A DNA stretch of 64,000 bases from an uncultured Bacilli bacterium (GCA_934102355.1 CAKOSO010000001.1:96863-160862), one strand, 5' to 3'; positions 10,852-21,709 are shown, counted from the stretch's first letter. Notes: generated by a model from the sequence alone, not told the origin. Numbers and translations: made by a program.

Positions 10852-11945
10852 TCAATAAAGTCTTCTAATATACAATTTGATATATATAAATTATCTTCAC
10901 TTATAAAATAATAATTATTTTTATATTCTAAATTCTTAGTATTAAATACATCCTTAATATGACAATTATACTTTTTATAAAAAGTATTATCATTAACACC
11001 AATTAATTTTCTAAGTCCTAAAATCATTTCATTTTCCATATTTGTCTTTTTAGTCATTTTATCTTTTTCAAGAATATAATCATGTTTTATGTACTTGTTT
11101 ATATTCCTAGTATTAGTGTATCTATAATTTTTTATAAAACCAGATGCCCCAAGACCAAATCCATAGTATTTATCATTATTCCAATATGCTAAATTATGCA
11201 TAGATTGATAACCATCTTTTGAAAAATTACTTATTTCATAATGAATAAAACCATGTTTCTTTAAATATTTACATATAAAATCATACATTTTTCTATCAAG
11301 GTTATCATCAATTTCTTTGTAGTTATTTACTTTAAGAGATGTATGATCCTCTAAAATTAAAGAATATATTGAGATATGATTCATATTAAGTTTTATAAAA
11401 CTTTTTAAATCATTTCTTAAAATTCTTAAAGTTTCAGTATTTACTCCATACATTAAATCAATATTTATATTATTAAAATATTGTTTTACTAGTTCTATTT
11501 TCTCTTCTATAGAAAAGTCATAACTTCTATTTAATATTTTTAGTATTTTCTTATCAAATGATTCAACACCTATACTAATACGATTTACTTTATTATTTTT
11601 TAAAGTTTTTAATAAAGCAATATTAATATCTTCAATATTACATTCAAACGTAAATTCATAATTTCTATCTAATTTTATAACCTTAATTATTTGAAATAAC
11701 TTATTTAATGATTCTTTATTTAATGAAGATGGGGTTCCACCTCCTATATATAAAGTTTTTATCTTTTCATGTTTATAATTCTTATCTATTTCATATTTTA
11801 ATGATTCTAAATATTCATTTACTAATTCTTCTTTATAATATAGTTTTGCAAAATCACAATAAGAACAAATATTTTTACAAAATGGAATATGAATATAAAT
11901 ACTCTTAATGTCTTCTTGAAGAACTTTCCCCATACTTTTCTCCAA
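10848..11945 (-). CDS. hemW: radical SAM heme chaperone HemW (coproporphyrinogen III oxidase-like)
   Basis: YIHIPFCKNICSYCDF radical SAM motif and HemN-C-like tail. Located after lepA as in Bacillus (lepA-hemN). Confidence 0.85.
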   Translation of the reverse strand: MEKSMGKVLQEDIKSIYIHIPFCKNICSYCDFAKLYYKEELVNEYLESLKYEIDKNYKHEKIKTLYIGGGTPSSLNKESLNKLFQIIKVIKLDRNYEFTFECNIEDINIALLKTLKNNKVNRISIGVESFDKKILKILNRSYDFSIEEKIELVKQYFNNINIDLMYGVNTETLRILRNDLKSFIKLNMNHISIYSLILEDHTSLKVNNYKEIDDNLDRKMYDFICKYLKKHGFIHYEISNFSKDGYQSMHNLAYWNNDKYYGFGLGASGFIKNYRYTNTRNINKYIKHDYILEKDKMTKKTNMENEMILGLRKLIGVNDNTFYKKYNCHIKDVFNTKNLEYKNNYYFISEDNLYISNCILEDFID

Positions 11946-12414
11946 CTAAATTTACACTATATCGTGCTACTGATTTATTATAATTAAAAATCATCCTTAC
12001 TTTTTCTAACTTTTCTTTATCTAAGTATTTCATAAATAGTTCATATATAGTTGAAGTTGGAATATTGTATTTTGCTTCTAAATCCTTTAATGTCTTAACT
12101 TGCATATTACTATCACTCATTACTTCATAACTTGCTATCATATCATCAGCCATAAGATTAACTAAATCCATATCATAAGAAGTTGTTTTTTTACCTATCG
12201 TTCCACCAACTTTTTGTCTTTCTGTGGTAATTTTTGCTAAATGCTCCCTTACCATCTGATAACGATTTAGGTCAATATCTTTTAATTTTTCATTTATATG
12301 TATTTGCAACGTTCTTATATTAATCTTTAGTGCATCAGCTACTTCTGGCATTGTTCTTTTACCATGAAGTATAAAATCAGCCTCATATATTATCTTTTCT
12401 TCCACTTTAATCAT
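11905..12414 (-). CDS. SpoIIID-like HTH DNA-binding protein (two HTH-like segments)
   Basis: The segment [23 protein letters not shown] resembles the SpoIIID/sigma-70 region 4 HTH (VIAKEFGVSKSTVHKDLTERL). 169 aa, between lepA and hemW. Confidence 0.35.
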   Translation of the reverse strand: MIKVEEKIIYEADFILHGKRTMPEVADALKINIRTLQIHINEKLKDIDLNRYQMVREHLAKITTERQKVGGTIGKKTTSYDMDLVNLMADDMIASYEVMSDSNMQVKTLKDLEAKYNIPTSTIYELFMKYLDKEKLEKVRMIFNYNKSVARYSVNLVGEKYGESSSRRH

Positions 12415-14200
12415 CCACCTTTAATATTGATAAAAATGCATCTGGTGGTAATTCTACACTACCAATCATTTTCATCTTCTTTTTTCCTTCTTTTTGTTTT
12501 TCTAATAGCTTTCTTTTTCTTGATACGTCCCCACCATAGCATTTTGCTAATACATCTTTTCTCATGGCTTTAACAGTTTCTCTTGCTATTACTTTTGATC
12601 CAATACTTGCTTGAATTGGTACTTCAAACATCTGACGAGGTATTATTTCTTTTAAATTTTCACATATCACTTTTCCTCTTTGATATGCAAAATCTTTATG
12701 TACTATAACTGATAAAGCATCAACCACTTCCTGATTAAGTAATATATCCATCTTAACTAAATTAGATGGCTTATAACCAATCATTTCATAATCAAATGAT
12801 GCATAACCCTTAGTAGCACTTTTTAATTTATTAAAGAAATCATAAACTATTTCTGATAATGGTAACTCATAATGAATTGTTGCCCTTGTTTTATTAATAT
12901 ATTCGATACCTAAATAATTTCCTCTTTTATTTTGGCACAACTCCATTACTGAGCCAATATATGAAGATGGAACATATATATTTGCTTTTATATATGGTTC
13001 CTTTATTTCTTTAATCAATGTTTGATGAGGTAATTTAGAAGGTGAATCTATTTCTACTGTTGTACCATCTGTTTTTACAACCTCATATATAACTGATGGT
13101 GACGTTGCAATTAAATCTATTTTAAATTCTCTTTCAATTCTTTCTCTTGTTATATCCATATGAAGAAGGCCAAGAAAACCACATCTAAATCCAAATCCTA
13201 GAGCTTTTGATGTCTCTGGAACAAAACTAAGTGATGCATCATTTAACTTTAATTTTAATAATGCTTCCTTTAAATCTTCATATTTTTTAGAATCAATCGG
13301 ATATATTCCAGTATATACAAATGGTTTTATTTCTTTATATCCATGAAGTGCTTCTTTACAAGGCTTATTTGCTAAAGTTATTGTATCTCCTACATGAACA
13401 TCACTTATTGATTTAATTGATGCAGTTATATAACCAACTTCACCTGCTCCTAACTTTTCAACTTGTTTTTCGAATGGATTATTTATATACATTGATATTA
13501 TTTCATAAGTTGCATCTGTTTGAAACATTTTTATAATATCTTTTTTCTTTAACTCCCCATCTACCACTCTTACTGATATTATTATTCCTTTATAAGGATC
13601 ATAAACAGAATCAAAAATAAGAGCTTTCGTCTCGTTAGAATTACTAACTGGAGCTGGAATTTTTTCAATTACTGCTTCTAGTAACTCTTTTATTCCTATA
13701 CCCATCTTAGCACTACATAATATTATTTCATCTTCTTTAAAACCAAGTGTATCAACAATTTCTTGCTTTACACGATCAACCTCTGCATTAGGCAAATCTA
13801 TTTTATTAATTATTGGAATTATCTCAAGATTATTTTCAAGTGCCAAATAAAAATTAGCTAATGTTTGAGCTTCTATCCCTTGTGTTGCATCAACAACAAG
13901 TATTGCCCCCTCACATGCTGCTAATGATCTTGACACTTCATATGTAAAATCTACGTGTCCTGGAGTATCTATTAAATTAAGCAAATACTCTTCGTTATTA
14001 TATTCATAACTTAAAGATACTGCATTAAGTTTTATTGTAATTCCTCTTTCTCTTTCCAAGTCCATATTATCAAGAATTTGATCTTTCATCTCTCTTTTAC
14101 TAATTGCTTTTGTTTCTTCCAAGATTCTATCAGCAATAGTTGATTTTCCATGATCTATATGAGCTATTATTGAGAAATTTCTTATGTTTTTCTGTTGCAT
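12407..14200 (-). CDS. lepA: elongation factor 4 (LepA)
   Basis: [17 protein letters not shown]-domain and LepA C-terminal domain. Start set at the second ATG (MQQKNIRNF), which has RBS CAGGTGA. The longest ORF begins at 14227. Confidence 0.95.
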   Translation of the reverse strand: MQQKNIRNFSIIAHIDHGKSTIADRILEETKAISKREMKDQILDNMDLERERGITIKLNAVSLSYEYNNEEYLLNLIDTPGHVDFTYEVSRSLAACEGAILVVDATQGIEAQTLANFYLALENNLEIIPIINKIDLPNAEVDRVKQEIVDTLGFKEDEIILCSAKMGIGIKELLEAVIEKIPAPVSNSNETKALIFDSVYDPYKGIIISVRVVDGELKKKDIIKMFQTDATYEIISMYINNPFEKQVEKLGAGEVGYITASIKSISDVHVGDTITLANKPCKEALHGYKEIKPFVYTGIYPIDSKKYEDLKEALLKLKLNDASLSFVPETSKALGFGFRCGFLGLLHMDITRERIEREFKIDLIATSPSVIYEVVKTDGTTVEIDSPSKLPHQTLIKEIKEPYIKANIYVPSSYIGSVMELCQNKRGNYLGIEYINKTRATIHYELPLSEIVYDFFNKLKSATKGYASFDYEMIGYKPSNLVKMDILLNQEVVDALSVIVHKDFAYQRGKVICENLKEIIPRQMFEVPIQASIGSKVIARETVKAMRKDVLAKCYGGDVSRKRKLLEKQKEGKKKMKMIGSVELPPDAFLSILKVDD

Positions 14201-14294
14201 GTAAATCACCTGTTTTAATTTTACCATAATTATAGGTTTTTTTCTTGTTTTATTTTTATTTTTTATTTATAATTTTATTATAGGAGGAAAGTAA

Positions 14295-15050
14295 ATGAAA
14301 AGGGATAAGAAATATTATTATTTTTTAGCTATGATATGCTTCATAGTTTGCTACATAATTTCTTTTATTTTATCAGGTAGCAATATTAAAGTTGGAAGGA
14401 TGCTAGCAACTGGAGGTGTTTTAATATATCCAGTTACATACTTCATTTCTACACTATTTAGTGATAGATACGGAAGAAGACATTCACTTATAATGATTAC
14501 TTATACAGTATTTGCATTTTTATTTGCTACAGTATTAATATTTGTAGCTAGTCTATTACCATTCTACAGTATTAGTAATACTTATAATTTGACTTTAAAT
14601 ATGATGATTGCAAATCTAGCCGGATTTGTAGTTGGTCAAACTTTAAATCTTTATATTTATTATTATCTTGGTGAAAGAAGCGGATTCAGTTATCTTATTT
14701 CATCTGTTATAGCTATTACAGTTGACAGCTTAATATTTACTTCTATTGCTTTTATAGGTGTTTATCCTTTAAAAACAATTATTAATATCTTTACTGGTCA
14801 ATATGTTATTAGTGTAATTATAACTCTTTTCTACTCATTATGCTTTGCATATCTCGCACCAGCTATGAAAAAAAGAAAAGATAAAATAGATCAAGAAAAA
14901 GCTTTACAAATAGCTAGAGAAACCGAACTTAAAATTAAAGAAGAAAAAGACGCTTCTAAAAAAACAGCATCTAAAAAGACAACAACTAAAAAAACTGCTA
15001 CTAAGAAAACTACAACAAAGAAAATAACTACTAAAAAAGAAACAAAATAA
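14295..15050 (+). CDS. YhhQ/VUT-family (queuosine precursor transporter-like) membrane protein with lysine/threonine-rich C-terminal tail
   Basis: Multi-TM core with a YPVTYFISTLFSDRYG motif resembling YhhQ/DUF165. C-terminal tail KKTASKKTTTKKTATKKTTTKKITTKKETK. Confidence 0.45.
   Translation: MKRDKKYYYFLAMICFIVCYIISFILSGSNIKVGRMLATGGVLIYPVTYFISTLFSDRYGRRHSLIMITYTVFAFLFATVLIFVASLLPFYSISNTYNLTLNMMIANLAGFVVGQTLNLYIYYYLGERSGFSYLISSVIAITVDSLIFTSIAFIGVYPLKTIINIFTGQYVISVIITLFYSLCFAYLAPAMKKRKDKIDQEKALQIARETELKIKEEKDASKKTASKKTTTKKTATKKTTTKKITTKKETK
14935..15047 (+). repeat. imperfect tandem 15-nt coding repeats (KKT[A/T]T units) forming a histone-H1-like basic tail
   Basis: Repeated aaaaaaac[ta]gc/acaact units are visible in the DNA at the 3' end of the transporter ORF. 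Confidence 0.4.
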
Positions 15051-15071
15051 AAAACTTCTTACGAAGTTTTT

Positions 15072-15299
15072 TTATTTATTATATTTTTCCATTTGTTTCA
15101 TCATTTGATTAACTTGTTTTTGAGTTGGTGTTCTTCCCATACCACTCATTAACATTTTTATCATTTCTTCATTAACTGGTGGATTTTTCTTTAAATACTT
15201 TTTCATAACTAATCTAGCTACTACAAAACCAATTACTGCACCAATTACAATTCCAATTAGAATCATCAATATATCTTGTAACATATTTATTACCTCCAC
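15072..15299 (-). CDS. yneF: UPF0154 family membrane protein (YneF)
   Basis: 75 aa with an N-terminal TM helix and the [32 protein letters not shown] motif characteristic of YneF. Confidence 0.8.
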   Translation of the reverse strand: MEVINMLQDILMILIGIVIGAVIGFVVARLVMKKYLKKNPPVNEEMIKMLMSGMGRTPTQKQVNQMMKQMEKYNK

Positions 15300-15326
15300 T
15301 TGTTATTTTATATGATATTTTATGTT

Positions 15327-15767
15327 TTAACAAGGTATTTTATTAATTTTTATATCTCTTCTTCGTAAAAAGAAATAGTCTTGATTTTTAAAATCGCAGA
15401 AAAAAAGATTTCCATCAAACTGTTTTAAATCCAAAAGAAAACTAGAAGCATCTGTATTAGTTTGTAATCTTAAATTAGATGGTTTTACTTTTAAAACACT
15501 TATTTCATTTAAGAATAAATTATTTATAATATGTTCATCCTTTATATATGAATAAACCATTCTTCCTTCATACTTTTCTTTTATGAATTTATTTACTTTT
15601 TCCTTATCAAAAAAGTTACTTATCTGTTCAAATAAATTATATCCATAATCTTTATCAATTTCCTTCATATAATATATTCTATTAAAAATAGAAAATAGTT
15701 CACTCGGTTTATCTTTATATAACATTGCAAACTCCTTCTTTAAGTTAAAAATATAGTATTCTCTCAT
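15327..15767 (-). CDS. hypothetical protein (possibly SirA/YneE-like)
   Basis: 146 aa adjacent to the yneF homolog, as yneE (sirA) is in Bacillus. Similarity is only weak and positional. Confidence 0.3.
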   Translation of the reverse strand: MREYYIFNLKKEFAMLYKDKPSELFSIFNRIYYMKEIDKDYGYNLFEQISNFFDKEKVNKFIKEKYEGRMVYSYIKDEHIINNLFLNEISVLKVKPSNLRLQTNTDASSFLLDLKQFDGNLFFCDFKNQDYFFLRRRDIKINKIPC

Positions 15768-15845
15768 AATTCATCCTCCTAATATGTATTTAGTATATCT
15801 ATTTGGAATGATGAATTTTGTTGAAAAAGAGTAAGAATTTACTTT

Positions 15846-16202
15846 TTAAAAGCGAACTCTTACTCTTTTATTTTCATACTTATCTAAATAATATCTAATC
15901 TGATCATAATACTCTTCATCAGCAGGTTTTTCTAATTCATGTAAACTCCTAAACAATCTAGTCAACTGCTTTGCTATTATAAAATTTTTTCTTTCTATTA
16001 TATGAAACTTTGTATGTGATGATATCGTAAGAGGTGCACCATTTGTAATAATAGTTGTCCCTCCTTCTCTTTTTGGTTTAATATGATGAAATGTTAAAGG
16101 ATCTTCTTTACTTATCTCATAATTTAACCAATCAACATCATATACTTCAAATTTTTCAATAATTATTTCTAAACACTTATGCTCTCTAGTTTCTTTTCCC
16201 AT
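15846..16202 (-). CDS. HNH endonuclease family protein
   Basis: HNH motif region HHIKPKREGGTTIITNGAPLTISSHTKFH. 118 aa, 20 nt downstream of glyQS on the same strand. Confidence 0.7.
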   Translation of the reverse strand: MGKETREHKCLEIIIEKFEVYDVDWLNYEISKEDPLTFHHIKPKREGGTTIITNGAPLTISSHTKFHIIERKNFIIAKQLTRLFRSLHELEKPADEEYYDQIRYYLDKYENKRVRVRF

Positions 16203-16222
16203 AATCCCCTACTGCTAATTAA

Positions 16223-17587
16223 TTAAAATTTTATCGCATTATTTATATAGTCAATTAATTCATCAACATTTAATACTATTTGTTCCATAGTATCTCTATT
16301 TCTTAAAGTAACTGTATTATTTTCTAACGTATTATCATCTACTGTTATTGCAAATGGTGTTCCAATTGCATCACATCTTCTATATCTTTTACCAATATTT
16401 CCTGATGCATCATATGATGTCATAAATTCACTACTTAATTTTTTATATATTTCTAGTGCTTTATCATTGTGTAATTTCTTTACAAGTGGTAATACCGCTA
16501 CTTTGTATGGTGCTAAAAATGGATGAAGTTTCAATACATCTCTTGTATCATTTTCTAATTGTTCTTTGTTATATGCACTACAAAGTACTGTTAAAAATAA
16601 ACGTTCAACTCCAAGTGATGGTTCTACTACATATGGAATATATTTTTCATTTGTATCTGGATCTAAATATTCTTGTTTTACATTAGAATATTTTTGGTGT
16701 TGTGATAAGTCATAATTAGTACGACTTGCTATTCCCCATAGTTCTCCCCAACCGAATGGAAATTTATATTCTATATCTGTTGTAGCATTACTATAAAAAG
16801 ATAATTCTTCTTTAGAATGATCTCTTAATCTTAAATTTTCTTCTTTTATTCCAAGACTTAACAAGAAATCCTTACAATATTTTTTGTAATGTTTAAACCA
16901 ATCAAGTTCTGTTCCTGGTTTGCAGAAGAACTCTAATTCCATTTGTTCAAATTCTCGAACTCTAAAAATAAAGTTTCCAGGTGTTATTTCATTTCTAAAA
17001 CTTTTTCCTACTTGTGCAATACCAAAAGGTACTTTAAGTCTCATACTTCTTTGAACATTTAAGAAATTTGTAAATATTCCCTGCGCTGTTTCTGGTCTTA
17101 AATAAATTGTATCTTTTGCATCTTCTGTTACACCTTGGAATGTCTTAAACATTAAATTAAATTGTCTTATATCTGTAAAGTTTGACTTACCACACTTTGG
17201 ACAAGGTATTTTATTTTCCTTAATAAAATTAATCATTTCCTCTTCAGTCATTGAATCTCCCACTTCAGAGTTTGTAAAATCATCAATTAACTTATCAGCA
17301 CGATGTCTTGTTTTACATTCACGACAATCAATAAGTGGATCTGAGAATGTTTTAATATGACCTGATGCTTCCCATGTTTTAGGATTCATTAATATTGCAG
17401 AATCAAGTCCTACATTGTTTGGATCTTCCTGTACAAATTTTTTAATCCATGCCTTTTTGATATTATTTTTAAGTTCTGCCCCTAAAGGACCAAAATCCCA
17501 AGTATTTGCTAATCCTCCATAAATTTCACTTCCTTGGAATATAAATCCATACTGCTTACAATAGTTTACTAATTCTTCCATATTCAT
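16223..17587 (-). CDS. glyQS: glycine--tRNA ligase (dimeric class II GlyQS)
   Basis: 454 aa with N-terminal [23 protein letters not shown] and class II motifs. RBS AAGGAGG upstream. Confidence 0.95.
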   Translation of the reverse strand: MNMEELVNYCKQYGFIFQGSEIYGGLANTWDFGPLGAELKNNIKKAWIKKFVQEDPNNVGLDSAILMNPKTWEASGHIKTFSDPLIDCRECKTRHRADKLIDDFTNSEVGDSMTEEEMINFIKENKIPCPKCGKSNFTDIRQFNLMFKTFQGVTEDAKDTIYLRPETAQGIFTNFLNVQRSMRLKVPFGIAQVGKSFRNEITPGNFIFRVREFEQMELEFFCKPGTELDWFKHYKKYCKDFLLSLGIKEENLRLRDHSKEELSFYSNATTDIEYKFPFGWGELWGIASRTNYDLSQHQKYSNVKQEYLDPDTNEKYIPYVVEPSLGVERLFLTVLCSAYNKEQLENDTRDVLKLHPFLAPYKVAVLPLVKKLHNDKALEIYKKLSSEFMTSYDASGNIGKRYRRCDAIGTPFAITVDDNTLENNTVTLRNRDTMEQIVLNVDELIDYINNAIKF

Positions 17588-17800
17588 ATTTTTTTCCTCC
17601 TTAAAAAATAAAAATCTTAAAAAAATATGTAAAGACGAATATAAATCCGCGGTTCCACTTTACTTATTCTTATTAAGAATCTCTTTTTTATCAAATGCTA
17701 AAAGTTTCCAAGCTTTATCATCGCATCAACTAACTTCATGTTAATTTTACTATATTTTCTTTTAGATGTAAATGTTTTTTTATACATAAACATTTGTTTG
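17588..17800 (-). promoter_or_regulatory. T-box leader (glycine-specific) upstream of glyQS
   Basis: Minus-strand reading contains AAAGTGGAACCGCGG, matching the T-box consensus GGGTGGNACCGCG, about 60 nt upstream of the glyQS RBS. A ~210 nt leader is typical. Confidence 0.6.
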
Positions 17801-17826
17801 ACAAACATATATTTTTATGCTATATT
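17788..17826 (+). promoter_or_regulatory. lexA promoter (-35 TTGACA 17798-17803, 17-nt spacer, extended -10 TGcTATATT 17818-17826) overlapped by SOS-box-like palindromes
   Basis: AAACATTTGTTT (17788-17799) and GTTTGACAAAC are palindromes resembling the Gram-positive LexA box GAAC-N4-GTTC. They lie in and around the -35. Confidence 0.45.
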
Positions 17827-17846
17827 TTTCCTATAAGGAGGATCAT

Positions 17847-18467
17847 ATGGAAAAACTAACTCAAAAACAAGAAGTTGTTTTAAAAGAATTGAAAAAATTT
17901 ATGGCCACAAAAGGATATCCACCTACTGTAAGAGAATTATGTGCTTTAACTAACTTAAATTCTACTGCTACTATTCAAGTTCACCTTGATAACTTAGTAG
18001 AAAAAGGTTACATCAGAAAAGAAGGAGAAAAAAATCGTACTATTGAATTATTAGTACCTAATGAATATCAAAAAGAACAAGATGGTATTATTACAGTTCC
18101 ACTTTTAGGAAAAGTTACTGCTGGTACTCCAATTGAAGCGATTGAAATGCCTAATGAATACTTTGAAATACCAGTTAGTTTACTTTCTCATAAGAACAAA
18201 GAAATATTTACTTTAACCGTTAGTGGTGAATCAATGATTAATGTTGGTATATATGACGGAGACATTATCATAGTTGAAAGATGTAATACCGCTAATAATG
18301 GTGATACTGTTGTTGCTATGAATGAAAATAATGAAGCCACAGTTAAAACATTCTATAAAGAAAAAGATCATATTAGATTACAACCAGAAAATGATTATAT
18401 GGAACCAATTATATTAAAAAATGTTACTATTTTAGGTAAAGTTGTTGGACTATATAGAAAGTTATAA
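17847..18467 (+). CDS. lexA: LexA repressor
   Basis: N-terminal winged HTH (VRELCALTNLNSTATIQVHLDNLVEKGYI) and C-terminal S24 peptidase domain (GESM, Lys). Start set at ATG 17847, 7 nt after AAGGAGG. Confidence 0.9.
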   Translation: MEKLTQKQEVVLKELKKFMATKGYPPTVRELCALTNLNSTATIQVHLDNLVEKGYIRKEGEKNRTIELLVPNEYQKEQDGIITVPLLGKVTAGTPIEAIEMPNEYFEIPVSLLSHKNKEIFTLTVSGESMINVGIYDGDIIIVERCNTANNGDTVVAMNENNEATVKTFYKEKDHIRLQPENDYMEPIILKNVTILGKVVGLYRKL

Positions 18468-18490
18468 TACTTAATCTATTTATAAAAATA

Positions 18491-18517
18491 AAAAGACTGA
18501 TTATTCAGTCTTTTTTT
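18491..18517. terminator. bidirectional rho-independent terminator between convergent lexA and the 356-aa ORF
   Basis: AAAAGACTGA-TTAT-TCAGTCTTTTTTT: a perfect 8-bp stem flanked by A-run and T-run. Confidence 0.6.
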
Positions 18518-19571
18518 GTACCCTTACCATATTGCCTGATCTTGATGTTTCATTAACTCCAGCTATATAATCAATTGGATCTACTACATATTCTTTTTTA
18601 AATACTTCTTTTGTTAATACACCTATTTGTTGTGCTTTAATTAATAAATCAACTTTCTCTGATTCAGATAAACCATATCTGCCTTCATTACATAGTTGCT
18701 TTTCTTTTGAATCCAACATATCTCTTGTTATTGATAACATTACCATAAGATATGATGATGTAATATTATCTTGTGCATTCATAACTGATGTTACCTTTTT
18801 ACCAGTTGATTTATTTACCTTTTCAATTATTTCGCCAGAACGATGTCCATAAAATCCAAGATATAATTTACCTAATAATTCGCCAGATATTGACTCACTA
18901 TTAAATAATGTTATACCTTTTTGAGATAATACCTTAAGATATGATTTATTATACTTAGATAATTCTGAATCACCATATATACTATATTGAGATTCCTTAT
19001 CAGAAGTAAATACTTTTTTTAATCTTTCATCTATACTTTTCATAACATCATTATAGAATCTATCATCACAATAAACATCTTTAAGTACTTTTGTATCAGG
19101 AAGTTTTCTTTCTATCCTATTATCTTTAATAAAAGTTAATGGAATTTTTTTTATCAATTTATAAAATTCTTCTTTTGCATATTTACCAATATTATTACCA
19201 TAATCTCTAAATGCAATATTATAATCATCATAATATGAAATTATATTCTCGTATAAATTAGGATCATCTTCATTATTATAATTAAGCATTTTTTCTACTT
19301 GTTCATTTAAGAAATATAATTCTTCTGCAGACATCAAACTATAAAAATTAGTTGTCTCTAATGTGCGATTCAAACAAGCAATACTTCTTCCACTATAAAA
19401 CTTAAATAGCAAACCTGCAAATAAAGAACCAATATTTTCCTTTACAGATGATATATTTAAATCTCTTGGAACACTTTTTGATTCCATTTCAAATCTTTCT
19501 TGAAGCTTTCTCTTATTTGATTTAAAAACCTCTAAAAGCTCTCTGTTTCCTAATAAACACTTAGTTCTCAT
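18501..19571 (-). CDS. hypothetical protein (356 aa), unknown family
   Basis: Long ORF 53 nt downstream of recG on the same strand. No motif I can assign. Confidence 0.5.
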   Translation of the reverse strand: MRTKCLLGNRELLEVFKSNKRKLQERFEMESKSVPRDLNISSVKENIGSLFAGLLFKFYSGRSIACLNRTLETTNFYSLMSAEELYFLNEQVEKMLNYNNEDDPNLYENIISYYDDYNIAFRDYGNNIGKYAKEEFYKLIKKIPLTFIKDNRIERKLPDTKVLKDVYCDDRFYNDVMKSIDERLKKVFTSDKESQYSIYGDSELSKYNKSYLKVLSQKGITLFNSESISGELLGKLYLGFYGHRSGEIIEKVNKSTGKKVTSVMNAQDNITSSYLMVMLSITRDMLDSKEKQLCNEGRYGLSESEKVDLLIKAQQIGVLTKEVFKKEYVVDPIDYIAGVNETSRSGNMVRVQKKTE

Positions 19572-19624
19572 ACCTTACCCCCATTGTTTGGTACATTATA
19601 TCATATTTTCATTATTTTTGCAAA

Positions 19625-21622
19625 TTATCCCTCAGTTATATTACTAATTATCATCTTTTTTAATAGATTATCCATTGGATCCTTACTATTTAAAAACTCC
19701 AAAGAATCTTCTTTGACTTTTAATAAAATCTTATAATCTGATCTTATATCAGCTATTTTAAATGTCATATCTCCACTTTGTTTAGTCCCAAATAAATCTC
19801 CATGACCTCTTAACTTAAAGTCTTCTTCTGCTATTTCAAAACCATCTATAGTATTAGTCATAACTTCAAGTCTTTTTGTATCACTATCACTTATCAAAAC
19901 ACAATATGAATCATAAGAATTTCTTCCTACTCTTCCTCTTAATTGATGTAAAGTTGATAAACCAAATCTTGATGCGTCAAATATTACAATCATTGTAGTA
20001 TTAGGAATATCAACGCCAACTTCTATAACAGTAGTACTAATAAGTATTTGAACTTTATTATCTTTAAAATCTTTCATAATCTTATCTTTTTCCGGTTGTT
20101 TTAATTTACCATGGACTACTGCAGTTTTATATTTAGTTCCAAATGCTAAATCCATCTTATCCTTTAATAGATTAACATTAGTTAAATCAAGTGTATCAGA
20201 TTCCTCAATAAGTGGCGAAATCACATATATTTGGTGACCTTCTTTTAGTTCATCATACATCATTTTTAAAACATCTTTTATTTCATTATTTTTCTTTAAA
20301 TATGTTTTTATAGGTCTTCTTCCATTTGGTAATGTTCTTATTGTTGAAATATCCATATCACCGTAAATAGTTAATGCATACGTTCTAGGTATTGGAGTTG
20401 CACTCATGTATAATACATCCGGCATATTACCCTTATTCATTAAATTAGTTCTTTGTAATACCCCAAATCTATGTTGTTCATCTGTTACTACAAGCCCTAA
20501 ATTATTATAAAATACCTCATCTTGAATAAGTGCATGAGTACCAATTACAATATCAATACTGCCATCTTTTAACCCTTCCTTAATACTGTCTTTTTCACTT
20601 TTCTTTAAAGACCCAATTAAAAGCTTAATATTAATATTTTTATCCTTTAGAATATTTGTAACTGTATTAAAATGTTGTGTTGCAAGTATTTCAGTTGGAG
20701 CCATTAAAGCTCCTTGATAACCTGCTAAAAAGTTTGCATACATAGCAAGTATAGACACAATTGTTTTACCGCTACCAACATCACCTTGCAATAATCTGTT
20801 CATACGTTTTTTAGATTTTAAATCATTAGTTATTTCATTTAAAACTGTCATTTGATCACTAGTAAGTTCGTATGGAAGTGCCTTTATTAATGATTCTAAT
20901 TTTTCATCATCATATGATTTTTCTATACCATTATCTATACTTTTATTCTTTAATTTTAAATAATTTATTCTAGTCATAAACACAAATAATTCTTCATATT
21001 TAAGTCTTATTTGTGCTTCCTTTAGCTTTTCTTTAGTAGTGGGATTATGAACTATATTTAATGCCGTTTTTTTATTTAAAAACTCATACTTTAATACATA
21101 CTTTTTAGGAATATAATCCATTATACTTCCACTATATTGCATAAGACAATTGTTTATATATGTCTTTATATTTTTAGAAGATAATCCACTTGTTCCATGG
21201 TATACTGGTTCTATTTTTTCTGATTTTGGTAATAACCCAATTCTTATATCAGACGCTAAAATTATATTTTTGGCTTTATCAAGTTTTCCAAATACTGTAA
21301 TACTTGTCCCAACAGTCAAATTACTCTTTAAGAAAGCACGATTAAATATTGAAACACCAATTACCTTTCCATCGCTCGTTATAAGTCTTAAATTCATCTT
21401 ATTAAGATTACCTTTTAATCTTATTAAAATTGGCATTGAATCTATCTTACCATCTACTATTACCTTATCACCATCAACAGCAGCATTTAAATCACTTCTT
21501 GAAATTATTTCATATCTATATGGAAAATGCATTACTAAGTCATTTATGTTATTTATATTCATTTTTGAAAGTAGCATCATGCTTTTAGGTCCTATACCTT
21601 TTACCTTATCTACACCTATCAT
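19625..21622 (-). CDS. recG: ATP-dependent DNA helicase RecG
   Basis: Wedge domain plus SF2 helicase motifs GDVGSGKT, DEQHRFG and HQLRGRVGR. Start moved to MIGVDKVKGIGPK, which has RBS AAGGGAG. The longest ORF starts at 21688. Confidence 0.9.
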   Translation of the reverse strand: MIGVDKVKGIGPKSMMLLSKMNINNINDLVMHFPYRYEIISRSDLNAAVDGDKVIVDGKIDSMPILIRLKGNLNKMNLRLITSDGKVIGVSIFNRAFLKSNLTVGTSITVFGKLDKAKNIILASDIRIGLLPKSEKIEPVYHGTSGLSSKNIKTYINNCLMQYSGSIMDYIPKKYVLKYEFLNKKTALNIVHNPTTKEKLKEAQIRLKYEELFVFMTRINYLKLKNKSIDNGIEKSYDDEKLESLIKALPYELTSDQMTVLNEITNDLKSKKRMNRLLQGDVGSGKTIVSILAMYANFLAGYQGALMAPTEILATQHFNTVTNILKDKNINIKLLIGSLKKSEKDSIKEGLKDGSIDIVIGTHALIQDEVFYNNLGLVVTDEQHRFGVLQRTNLMNKGNMPDVLYMSATPIPRTYALTIYGDMDISTIRTLPNGRRPIKTYLKKNNEIKDVLKMMYDELKEGHQIYVISPLIEESDTLDLTNVNLLKDKMDLAFGTKYKTAVVHGKLKQPEKDKIMKDFKDNKVQILISTTVIEVGVDIPNTTMIVIFDASRFGLSTLHQLRGRVGRNSYDSYCVLISDSDTKRLEVMTNTIDGFEIAEEDFKLRGHGDLFGTKQSGDMTFKIADIRSDYKILLKVKEDSLEFLNSKDPMDNLLKKMIISNITEG

Positions 21623-21709
21623 GTGATCACTCCCTTCGTCTTTCATATTATAACATATTTTACTTTTTTTAAAAAGAAAAAACTTCAAAATCTTGAAGTT
21701 TTTATTCTA

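Noticed and set aside
14935-15047. Short tandem DNA repeats considered as a possible CRISPR or minisatellite
   Set aside because: The repeats are 15-nt imperfect units inside a coding region encoding a KKTxT tail. There are no spacers or CRISPR-like architecture. No CRISPR array was found anywhere in the window.
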